In this document: positions 5,813-12,588 of the stretch, piece by piece
How positions within the stretch are numbered: position 1 is the stretch's first letter
Layout: each line of letters begins with the position of its first letter
IMG/VR virus record: IMGVR_UViG_3300032291_003166
Direction: 5' to 3' (one strand)
Source: a virus
Lineage: Duplodnaviria; Heunggongvirae; Uroviricota; Caudoviricetes
Length of the DNA: 12,588 nucleotides
Notes under the pieces: generated by a model
Database searches by the model: none
Seen by the model: the letters and a program-made list of their open reading frames with translations, nothing else
Told to the model about the DNA's origin: nothing
Translations under genes and position numbers: made by a program

Positions 5813-7462
5813 TTAATAACCCATTCCTGGATCTCCAAATTCATTTTCATTTTTCTTATCCTTAGTTGGTTCTTCAAAAATAACAGTCTCAGTTGTTAAT
5901 ATTGTACCTGCTACAGCAGCTGCATTTTCAACGGCTAAACGAGTTACTTTAGTTGGATCCAATATACCTGCATCTAACATATTAACGATTAATTCAGACT
6001 TTAAATCATATCCTAACCATGTATTTTCTAACGCGGTCTTCAATAATTCGTAAATATAAAAACTTGGATTATCATAACCAGCATTTGTTAAAATTTTCTG
6101 GAATGGAGATGATAATGCTTTATAAACAATTTGTTTACCTACATTAAAGTCAACACCATCAGATTTAGCTTGAGTAATTGCTTCTCTAGCGTATAATAAA
6201 GCAGCACCACCACCTGGTAAAATACCTTCCTCATTAGCAGCACGAGTTGCAAATAAAGCATCTTCTACTCTATCTTTATATTCTTTTAACTCGATTTCAT
6301 TATTACCACCAACATTAATAATAGCTACTCCACCTGCTAATTTAGATAATCTTTCTTGTAGTTTTTCTTTTTCAAACATTGATTGAGCATTATCAATCTG
6401 TAACATGATTTCTCCTGCTCTAAGATTAATTGCTTCTTCATTGCCTTTACCATCAATAACAGTTGTTTTTTCTTTGCCTATAGTAGCTGTTCTAGCACTA
6501 CCTAAATATTCTGTTAATTGAGATGGTGTTAATTTATCTAATTTAATACCTTTTTCTTTAGATATTACTTGACCACCAGTGATAATTGCTAAATCTTCTA
6601 ATAATAATGTTTTGCGTTCACCAAAGTCAGGTGCTTTAACAGCACATGCTTTAACAATACCTCTCATTTTATTAACAATTAGAGTTGCTAATGCTTCGCC
6701 TTCAATTTCTTCTGCTACAATTAATAATGATTTATTCTCACTATTAACCTTTTGAAGAACATTTAAAATTTCTGATGCGGTAGTAATACGACCATCATAT
6801 ATCAAAATAAGTGGTTCATCTAAAACAGCTTGCATTGTATTGTTATTGGTAACAAAATATGGTGATTTGTAACCTCTATCAAACTGAATACCTTCTACTA
6901 CTTCAAGTGATGTTTCACCTGTTTTACTTTCTTCAATAGCCACAACTCCTTCTCTACCTACTTTCTCAATTGCTGTTGCAATTAATTCACCAGTTGATTC
7001 ATCATTGTTAGCTGATATTGTTGCTACTTGTTTTAGTTGTTCTTCAGATGAAATATCTTTACTATTTTCTCTTAAAGCACTAACTACTTGTTTCACAGCA
7101 GCGTCAATACCTTTTTTAATCTCAACCGCATTTGCTCCTGATCTTACACTAGATAATCCTTCATTTATCATAGCATAAGCTAACAATGTAGTAGTTGTTG
7201 TACCGTCACCTGCGGTATTAGCAGCTTTAATAGCTGCTTGTTTAACAACCTCAGCGCCGATGTTTTCAATTGGATCTTTTAAGGTAATTGACTTTGCGAC
7301 TGTGACCCCATCTTTAGTTGACTGAGGTAACTCATTTGATTTCTCTATAATAACATTACGACCAAATGGACCTAATGTAGACGAAACTGCATCTGATAGT
7401 TTTTTAGCACCATCGGCTAATTTCTGTCTTGCTTCTTGATTGTACTCTATAATCTTACTCAT
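5813..7462 (-). CDS. groEL: group I chaperonin GroEL (Cpn60), phage-type
   Basis: STLGPFGRNV, TKDGVTVA, AGDGTTT, GIQFDRGYKSPYF, KAPDFGERK, RVEDALFATRAA, GILDPTKVTR. The GGM-repeat tail is reduced to DPGMGY. Confidence 0.97.
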   Translation of the reverse strand: MSKIIEYNQEARQKLADGAKKLSDAVSSTLGPFGRNVIIEKSNELPQSTKDGVTVAKSITLKDPIENIGAEVVKQAAIKAANTAGDGTTTTTLLAYAMINEGLSSVRSGANAVEIKKGIDAAVKQVVSALRENSKDISSEEQLKQVATISANNDESTGELIATAIEKVGREGVVAIEESKTGETSLEVVEGIQFDRGYKSPYFVTNNNTMQAVLDEPLILIYDGRITTASEILNVLQKVNSENKSLLIVAEEIEGEALATLIVNKMRGIVKACAVKAPDFGERKTLLLEDLAIITGGQVISKEKGIKLDKLTPSQLTEYLGSARTATIGKEKTTVIDGKGNEEAINLRAGEIMLQIDNAQSMFEKEKLQERLSKLAGGVAIINVGGNNEIELKEYKDRVEDALFATRAANEEGILPGGGAALLYAREAITQAKSDGVDFNVGKQIVYKALSSPFQKILTNAGYDNPSFYIYELLKTALENTWLGYDLKSELIVNMLDAGILDPTKVTRLAVENAAAVAGTILTTETVIFEEPTKDKKNENEFGDPGMGY

Positions 7463-7745
7463 AAACTGCTAATATTTCTGTTTCTTTAGTTATGTAATAA
7501 TCTTCTCCATCAACAGTAAGTTTCATTGATCCCATCTTAGGAATAAGTACCTTATCACCTGCTTTTAGTTGAGATGGATACAATGCACCTGTATGCCAAT
7601 TGTATGTATCACTAGATTCAATTACTTCACCTATTTCAGGTTTCTCTTTCCCCATATCGGGAACTACAATGTTGCCATAAGTTTGTTCTTCTTCTTCAAT
7701 AGGTCGAATCACAACGTGGCCATTTAGTGGTCTTATTTTGCTCAT
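7455..7745 (-). CDS. groES: co-chaperonin GroES (Cpn10)
   Basis: IRPLNGHVVI, mobile loop TYGNIVVPD, GEVIES, LKAGDKVLIPK, EILAV; 8-nt overlap with the groEL start. Confidence 0.95.
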   Translation of the reverse strand: MSKIRPLNGHVVIRPIEEEEQTYGNIVVPDMGKEKPEIGEVIESSDTYNWHTGALYPSQLKAGDKVLIPKMGSMKLTVDGEDYYITKETEILAVYE

Positions 7746-7763
7746 ATATCTCTTTTATTTATA

Positions 7764-7795
7764 TAAATGTAATTAATTTTCTTTCGGTAACCAAG
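7764..7795 (-). promoter_or_regulatory. candidate promoter for groES-groEL (CTTG-N20-TACATTTA)
   Basis: TTG at 7794-7792 and TACATTTA at 7771-7764 with a 20-nt spacer, the same spacing as upstream of hsp20 and pol. Resembles the Bacteroidota TTG/TTTG...TAnnTTTG consensus. Confidence 0.6.
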
Positions 7796-7985
7796 CAATT
7801 ACTTCAGCTTCTTGTATTTCTTCTAAAAAATATAAATAGCCTTCTTTTCTTAACACTCGATTTGCTCCGTAATGTTCTTTTAAAAATGTTAAAGCATCTC
7901 CAACGTATTTAGGATCATCTAATTTACGATACTTTAATACGTGTAATGTGTCCTGAAAATTTATTAATTGACTTGATGATATCAT
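7773..7985 (-). CDS. hypothetical protein (70 aa)
   Basis: Fills the gap between hsp20 and groES with an AGTT-ATG start context like other genes here; no family recognised. Confidence 0.75.
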   Translation of the reverse strand: MISSSQLINFQDTLHVLKYRKLDDPKYVGDALTFLKEHYGANRVLRKEGYLYFLEEIQEAEVIAWLPKEN

Positions 7986-7995
7986 AACTAAGATT

Positions 7996-8008
7996 TATGG
8001 TAGGTCTC
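7996..8008. repeat. left arm of 13-bp perfect inverted repeat flanking hsp20 (TATGGTAGGTCTC)
   Basis: Exact reverse complement of gagacctaccata at 8741-8753. Confidence 0.9.
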
Positions 8009-8014
8009 TTTTTA

Positions 8015-8680
8015 TTATCCTTTGATTAAGGATTTAGCTGTTTTGATTTCGATTTTTTTAGGTTTATTTTCTTTAGCGAATGGAATCTCTAATGTTAATA
8101 ATCCTTTATCTAAACTAGCTATTAATTTAGCTAATTCATACTTAGAAGATACCTTCCAAGCAATATCGAATCCTGCCTTTTTAATTGAACGATGTAAGTA
8201 TCGGTACTCATTTTTCTCCTTTTCTTTATCGTCATCTGTTTTACGATAAGCTACTCTTAAAGTTTCTGAGTCTACAATAATATCGATTTCTGAGTCCTCT
8301 AATCCTACTGCGGCAATTTCAATTTTTAAACCGTTATCGGTTTCTTGAATGTCAACTGGGTGTTGAACTGCTTTTTCTGAGATTGGTCTGTAATGTGCAT
8401 TTTTATCGAAGAAAGACTTCCATAATAAATCCATTGTTTCATCAAAGTTCCAATAATCGTTATAGGTTTGAGGTATTTGGTGGGGTTGTTGCCAGATGGC
8501 TGTTGTACCAATATTTGATAAACCTGTTAAATATCCTGCTGTACCATGTGTACTTGTTAGAGTCGTACCTGAAGTGTACGTTCCGTTTGTTAGTGATGTT
8601 GTAGAGTTGGGATATCCAGTTGTTATTGTACCAGATAAATCTTCAAATACTACGAACACGTCTGTAGTTTGTTTTTTCAT
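8015..8680 (-). CDS. hsp20: small heat shock protein (Hsp20/alpha-crystallin domain) with Thr/Gly-rich N-terminal extension
   Basis: HPVDIQETDNGLKIEIAAVGL..IDIIVDSETLRVAY..RSIKKAGFDIAWKVSSKYELAKLIASLDKGLLTLEIP..KKIEI (I-x-I motif). The start could alternatively be the Met at 8434. Confidence 0.9.
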   Translation of the reverse strand: MKKQTTDVFVVFEDLSGTITTGYPNSTTSLTNGTYTSGTTLTSTHGTAGYLTGLSNIGTTAIWQQPHQIPQTYNDYWNFDETMDLLWKSFFDKNAHYRPISEKAVQHPVDIQETDNGLKIEIAAVGLEDSEIDIIVDSETLRVAYRKTDDDKEKEKNEYRYLHRSIKKAGFDIAWKVSSKYELAKLIASLDKGLLTLEIPFAKENKPKKIEIKTAKSLIKG

Positions 8681-8740
8681 TTTTTGTCATTTATGTTCCC
8701 CTAAGGTGAACAGTTAATAATTAATTGTTTTTCATAACTT

Positions 8741-8753
8741 GAGACCTACCATA
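8741..8753. repeat. right arm of 13-bp inverted repeat flanking hsp20
   Basis: gagacctaccata, the reverse complement of 7996-8008; lies in the hsp20 leader downstream of the candidate promoter. Confidence 0.9.
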
Positions 8754-8771
8754 GTATCTCTTTTATATATA

Positions 8772-8803
8772 TAAATATACTAGTTATCAGAAAGACGAAC
8801 AAG
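8772..8803 (-). promoter_or_regulatory. candidate promoter for hsp20 (CTTG-N20-TATATTTA)
   Basis: TTG at 8802-8800 and TATATTTA at 8779-8772 with a 20-nt spacer. Confidence 0.6.
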
Positions 8804-9514
8804 ATAGTAAATAGATTCTACCTCTTCTTCTTTAAATGTTAATTTCATTAATCCTTCATTACTAATCTGAATTAATGCTTCACTAGCATCTTCATTTGCT
8901 TTTAATACTTCAGTCATTATATCAGCAGGAAATGGTAATTCACTTAAACCAAATAATGCCTCACATGGTGTTTTAAATTTAATTTTATTAGCATAGCCTG
9001 CTCCATCTCCTAATACAATTACACATTCCATACCTTCACCCTCAGTATATTCTGCTTTAACAGAGAATTGTTTAATATCACCTAATGCTTTTTTAGCATT
9101 AATAAATTTACTAATAAATTCTTTACTAACTGGAACTTCAGCATCATAGCCATTTGGTTCATTAATCACAGGTACTGTTTCAATTAAATTTAAATCTGAT
9201 AGATAGTAATTTAAGTCATATTGATTATCAGCTATTGTTAATTCAAGTGGTGTTCCTCTTCCACTTTTATTTAAGTTTAATACAATAGTAGAATCCATAA
9301 TCTTAATTAATTTAGAAAATTGACTAGTATTGTAAATACCAATTTCACAATTTTCTAGATCAAAATTAGGACTAGTCACTTTACCCACTAGATTTTTAAA
9401 CGGACTTATAAAGTCAACAGTAATGTTTTTTTTATCTACTGACCATTTAACTGATTCAACTATACCATTTAGATAATATTTTTCGAGAACTGATACGATA
9501 GTGTTTTTATTCAT
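8780..9514 (-). CDS. DNA polymerase sliding clamp (T4 gp45/PCNA-like)
   Basis: 244 aa with alternating beta/alpha pattern, a PCNA-like ending (LMKLTFKEEEVESIYYLVRL), directly downstream of a family B polymerase. Confidence 0.75.
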   Translation of the reverse strand: MNKNTIVSVLEKYYLNGIVESVKWSVDKKNITVDFISPFKNLVGKVTSPNFDLENCEIGIYNTSQFSKLIKIMDSTIVLNLNKSGRGTPLELTIADNQYDLNYYLSDLNLIETVPVINEPNGYDAEVPVSKEFISKFINAKKALGDIKQFSVKAEYTEGEGMECVIVLGDGAGYANKIKFKTPCEALFGLSELPFPADIMTEVLKANEDASEALIQISNEGLMKLTFKEEEVESIYYLVRLSDN

Positions 9515-9518
9515 GATG

Positions 9519-9550
9519 TTAATATAATAATCTTTTTAGAATGAGAAAAA
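9519..9550 (-). promoter_or_regulatory. weak candidate promoter for the clamp gene (TTTT-N20-TATATTAA)
   Basis: TTATTATATTAA just upstream of the clamp ATG resembles the other leaders; both elements deviate from consensus. Confidence 0.3.
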
Positions 9551-12124
9551 CTTATTTACATAAGCGTTTAATGAAGGAAATGACCATTTTAAATCTTCAT
9601 ATATACCTTGTAGTTTATTTAATAATGTTGAATTAAACCCAGCTTCTTTATCGATAAACTTAATTATAAAATCAGTTATAAATTCTGGATCGTTACCTGT
9701 GAAACCTAATACTTCTATTTTATATGGGTTATCTTTTAATTGAACATAATACATTTTATCACCTTCAGTAAAACACGGATATTGTTTATCTAATTTTTTA
9801 AATCGCAATAAATCATTATGCCATATAGCTGCTTTAGTATTAATAGGACATTTTAATTCTAATTTAGAAAATATTTGACCAGCTTGAGGAGGTGACTTAA
9901 TATATTTTTTAATATTTCTAACACCAGTTGGTTTTGCTATACTTTTAATAGGAACAGAATCTAATGTTTTCTTAAAATCAATAATCTTTTTATCAATATC
10001 TGTTTTGGTTTTACCATACATTATATCTAATAAAATACCTTCACCAAATTTACGATACATTGGATTCATGTTTGATTTCATTACATCCATTCCTTTAATA
10101 TCTAACTCTTCAGTTGGTACACCTTCTTTATTTACAATGAATTGAGCGTAACGTCTTTTACCTGCAAAGTAACCTCGTTCAAGTACTACTTCTTGTTTTA
10201 ATTCAAAATATTCATTATCAACATTGAATAAATCTTTACATAAATTTTGTAAGAACGGACCAGTTTTATCTTGATATTCTTTAGTTATTTCAAGTGCTAT
10301 TGGTACTACTTCTTCTCTACTATTAATATTAATATCTGGTTTACGTTTTAAAATTAAATCCTTTAATTCAAAAAATAAACTATCTGTATCAGCGGTAATA
10401 ACATAATCTCTTTCAACACCTAATTCAGTACTAACTTCTTTATTTATAAAATCAATTGATTCTTGATCCAACCTTTGACCAGTTAAAGTAATTGCTTTAC
10501 TAATAAATAAATTACCATCACTATATCTCCACCCGTTTTGAGCAAATACACCATAAACGTCATTTAATTTAATTTTAAATGTATGTTGTAAACGATTATA
10601 ATGCTCTCCCTTAGCAGTGTCGCCCGCTTTATATGCTTGCTTCATTAAGTCTTTATATTGTTTTCTCTTATTAAACCAATCGTTTAATATTTCCACTACA
10701 ATACTTGACTTATCTTTTCTAAATAAAGTTCCATTAGCTGATATAATTAATTTATTAGTTTCAACTAATTGAATCATATCTTTTACTTTGATATAAGTTA
10801 ATTTAACTCTTCTATCTGATGTAACTTTTTCAATTGGTATTTCTTCCTCACCATCCATTTTCTTTAAATCACCTAAACCCCACTGGTTATCATACTTATG
10901 ACTATTTTGTATTCTACCAATTAATGTTTCTATACCCATATTTAAATTACGAATAATAGATGGATATAGTGATGTAAAATCTAAATCGGATACCCACTCA
11001 TATAAACCTGGTACTGGATCTTTAAGATACCCACCAGCGTATTCTTCATTTGCTTCTCTTAATGCTGGATTATAAGTAGTAGGTTTATTTGGTGATACTA
11101 TATCTTCACGTTTTAGATAAGTGAAAATAGCACCTTCATTTAATGAAGTAGAGTAATAAATATTACTATATGGTGTATGACATAAATGACATATGTTAAC
11201 TGTTAAATCTATAAATTGTAATTTTTTATCTAATTCAATTAATATTTCAACATCTCGAATATTATAATCAATAAATTTATTTACATCTTCTTTAAATAAT
11301 CTATCTAATGATCCCTCATATTCAATCTTACCTAACTTAACATATTTTTCACCTATGTCTCCTAATTTATATGACGGTTCTTGCTTCATAATATATTTTT
11401 TATGAAGTAACATATAATCGAGATGGTTAACACCTGCTATATTAATTACAGATTCATTAGTTTGAGTTTTCTTATTAAAATAATCATGTACAGATACAAT
11501 ACCTAGTGGTGATAATTCTTTAGCTTTATGTTCACCTAATACTTTACAGATACGATGATATAGATAAGGTATATCAAAAAATTCACTATTCCATCCAGCA
11601 ATAATAGTTGGATCTGCTTCAACCCATAATGATACAAATTTATGTAATAAATCTGCTTCACTATCACATGGTATAATTTCTTTATTATCTTCTAAAGCAA
11701 ATTTTAATTGTTTTTTTTCATCTAAAATTAAACAGTAGTATTTTTTAAGAGTAACATCATATAAAGATATTGATGTTATTTTCATTGGTGCTGATTTAAT
11801 ATACTCAGTAGTTAATGCCCCACCAATTTCACACTCAATATCTAGAAATAGTACATTATGATATTGTGGTGCTTCATCTTCATTTTTATAAGCATCAACT
11901 AATATCCTAGTTTCCATAGGAACATCAATTTCATAGTAAGTTAAAGGATCGTTTTTATCACAAGTACGTGATGGAGATACTCGTTTACCATCTAATGTTT
12001 TATATTGGCCATTAGGATCGAGTTTATAATAGGTAGGATAATATTCAAATGATAACCATCCTTGTTTATCATCTCTTAGATGACACGTTTTTGTTTTATA
12101 ATCGTAATATATTCCCTGATACAT
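9536..12124 (-). CDS. family B DNA polymerase (T4 gp43-like) with 3'-5' exonuclease
   Basis: ExoI LFLDIE, ExoII GWNSEFFDIPY, ExoIII YNIRDVE, motif A DFTSLYPS, motif B KIKLNDVYG, motif C TADTDS, KKRY-like KRRY, IKGMD, and a hydrophobic clamp-binding-like tail NKFFSF. Confidence 0.97.
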   Translation of the reverse strand: MYQGIYYDYKTKTCHLRDDKQGWLSFEYYPTYYKLDPNGQYKTLDGKRVSPSRTCDKNDPLTYYEIDVPMETRILVDAYKNEDEAPQYHNVLFLDIECEIGGALTTEYIKSAPMKITSISLYDVTLKKYYCLILDEKKQLKFALEDNKEIIPCDSEADLLHKFVSLWVEADPTIIAGWNSEFFDIPYLYHRICKVLGEHKAKELSPLGIVSVHDYFNKKTQTNESVINIAGVNHLDYMLLHKKYIMKQEPSYKLGDIGEKYVKLGKIEYEGSLDRLFKEDVNKFIDYNIRDVEILIELDKKLQFIDLTVNICHLCHTPYSNIYYSTSLNEGAIFTYLKREDIVSPNKPTTYNPALREANEEYAGGYLKDPVPGLYEWVSDLDFTSLYPSIIRNLNMGIETLIGRIQNSHKYDNQWGLGDLKKMDGEEEIPIEKVTSDRRVKLTYIKVKDMIQLVETNKLIISANGTLFRKDKSSIVVEILNDWFNKRKQYKDLMKQAYKAGDTAKGEHYNRLQHTFKIKLNDVYGVFAQNGWRYSDGNLFISKAITLTGQRLDQESIDFINKEVSTELGVERDYVITADTDSLFFELKDLILKRKPDININSREEVVPIALEITKEYQDKTGPFLQNLCKDLFNVDNEYFELKQEVVLERGYFAGKRRYAQFIVNKEGVPTEELDIKGMDVMKSNMNPMYRKFGEGILLDIMYGKTKTDIDKKIIDFKKTLDSVPIKSIAKPTGVRNIKKYIKSPPQAGQIFSKLELKCPINTKAAIWHNDLLRFKKLDKQYPCFTEGDKMYYVQLKDNPYKIEVLGFTGNDPEFITDFIIKFIDKEAGFNSTLLNKLQGIYEDLKWSFPSLNAYVNKFFSF

Positions 12125-12128
12125 ATTT

Positions 12129-12160
12129 TAAATATAACAAACATTATCTGGTTATACAAA
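12129..12160 (-). promoter_or_regulatory. candidate promoter for DNA polymerase (TTTG-N20-TATATTTA)
   Basis: TTTG at 12160-12157 and TATATTTA at 12136-12129, both inside the 40-nt intergenic gap; the ATG is only 4 nt downstream, implying a near-leaderless mRNA if real. Confidence 0.55.
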
Positions 12161-12164
12161 CTTA

Positions 12165-12588
12165 TTATAATCCATAAGTATTTTTTACCGTGTTATAGTT
12201 TTGAGTGATTTCGGCTCCAGATAATGCTCTATTATATAATCTCATTTGATAGAATACAGGTTGTAGCGATGGGTTTGAGTTATTCAATACATCTCCAAAT
12301 CCTGTACCTTCATTAGCGTGTCTTGCGCCAAAATAGAAATTATTAGATGTGAATAGAGTTTGAATATTCACTGTGTCTGTAGTACCAAATTGTGAACCAT
12401 TTAAATATAAACTATGTTGTGTACCATTAAGGACAAAAATCCATTGTCTTACAGCATTGCTAGCCGTTATAGTTTTTGAGGATTCAGAAGTTGGCTTACC
12501 GTAATTTATTGTTGTTGAGCTATCCATGTAAGCAAAGTAGCCAGCATCAGAGTTGTAAAATTCATTACCCCAAATAACTCCCCAAAAT
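12165..12588 (-). CDS. C-terminal part of a LamG/concanavalin A-like lectin domain protein (probably virion structural), 5'-truncated
   Basis: The frame stays open from 12527 to the window edge (FWGVIWGNEFYNSDAGYFAY-MDSS...), so the ATG at 12527 is internal. LamG pattern SLYLNG...FYFGAR...MRLYNRALSGAEITQNY. Confidence 0.85.
   Translation of the reverse strand, partial: FWGVIWGNEFYNSDAGYFAYMDSSTTINYGKPTSESSKTITASNAVRQWIFVLNGTQHSLYLNGSQFGTTDTVNIQTLFTSNNFYFGARHANEGTGFGDVLNNSNPSLQPVFYQMRLYNRALSGAEITQNYNTVKNTYGL

Noticed and set aside
7756-7763. Exact T4 late promoter TATAAATA upstream of groES
   Set aside because: The only exact intergenic copy I found; it lies in an AT-only 12-bp palindrome, and the matching hsp20 block reads TATATATA, so a T4 late promoter class is not supported.
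7746-7800. CIRCE/HrcA operator upstream of groES or hsp20
   Set aside because: No TTAGCACTC-N9-GAGTGCTAA-like inverted repeat is present in either leader.
8326-8511. Alternative-frame minus-strand ORF (61 aa) inside hsp20
   Set aside because: Fully nested in the hsp20 CDS, with no motif and no supporting start context.
1274-8717. Plus-strand ORFs in the track (1274..1516, 2241..2432, 4370..4558, 5517..5723, 7727..7912, 8022..8249, 8383..8604, 8496..8717)
   Set aside because: All lie antisense to well-supported minus-strand genes, have no recognisable motifs, and show the composition expected of shadow frames.
9536-12124. Intein or intron in the DNA polymerase
   Set aside because: The ORF is continuous and of normal length, with normally spaced motifs and no splicing or LAGLIDADG signature.
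12165-12527. Treating the 120-aa ORF as a complete gene
   Set aside because: The frame is open to the window edge with LamG-like sequence upstream of the Met, so it is a truncated larger gene.
1-12588. CRISPR array, transposase/integrase or rRNA
   Set aside because: No regularly spaced repeats and no recombinase or rRNA-like sequence seen. The absence of a recombinase in the window also weakens, but does not exclude, the hsp20 inversion model.

Overview
AT-rich, densely coded window with every credible gene on the minus strand. It is most consistent with a large T4-like/jumbo dsDNA phage of a Bacteroidota host: family B DNA polymerase next to a gp45-like sliding clamp, A-rich SD-less start contexts, signal peptides followed by Gln, and TTG-N20-TAnnTTTA promoter-like motifs. 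In transcription order (right to left) it contains: the C-terminal part of a LamG-like protein; DNA polymerase B; sliding clamp; Hsp20 with a long structured leader and flanking 13-bp inverted repeats; a 70-aa unknown; GroES; GroEL; a 3D-domain protein with a tandemly duplicated start region; a small lipoprotein packed with D-S/T-X sequons; a tmRNA (not in the ORF track) with a 24-codon tag; and a tight operon of at least eight envelope-targeted proteins. That operon holds a CsgG/LptE-like protein, a cohesin-dockerin-cohesin protein, a T9SS-CTD-like lipoprotein, four small membrane proteins and a secreted protein cut by the left edge. The envelope operon and the Hsp20 cis-architecture are the best candidates for undescribed systems. 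All family assignments come from motif recognition by eye; no database search was run.
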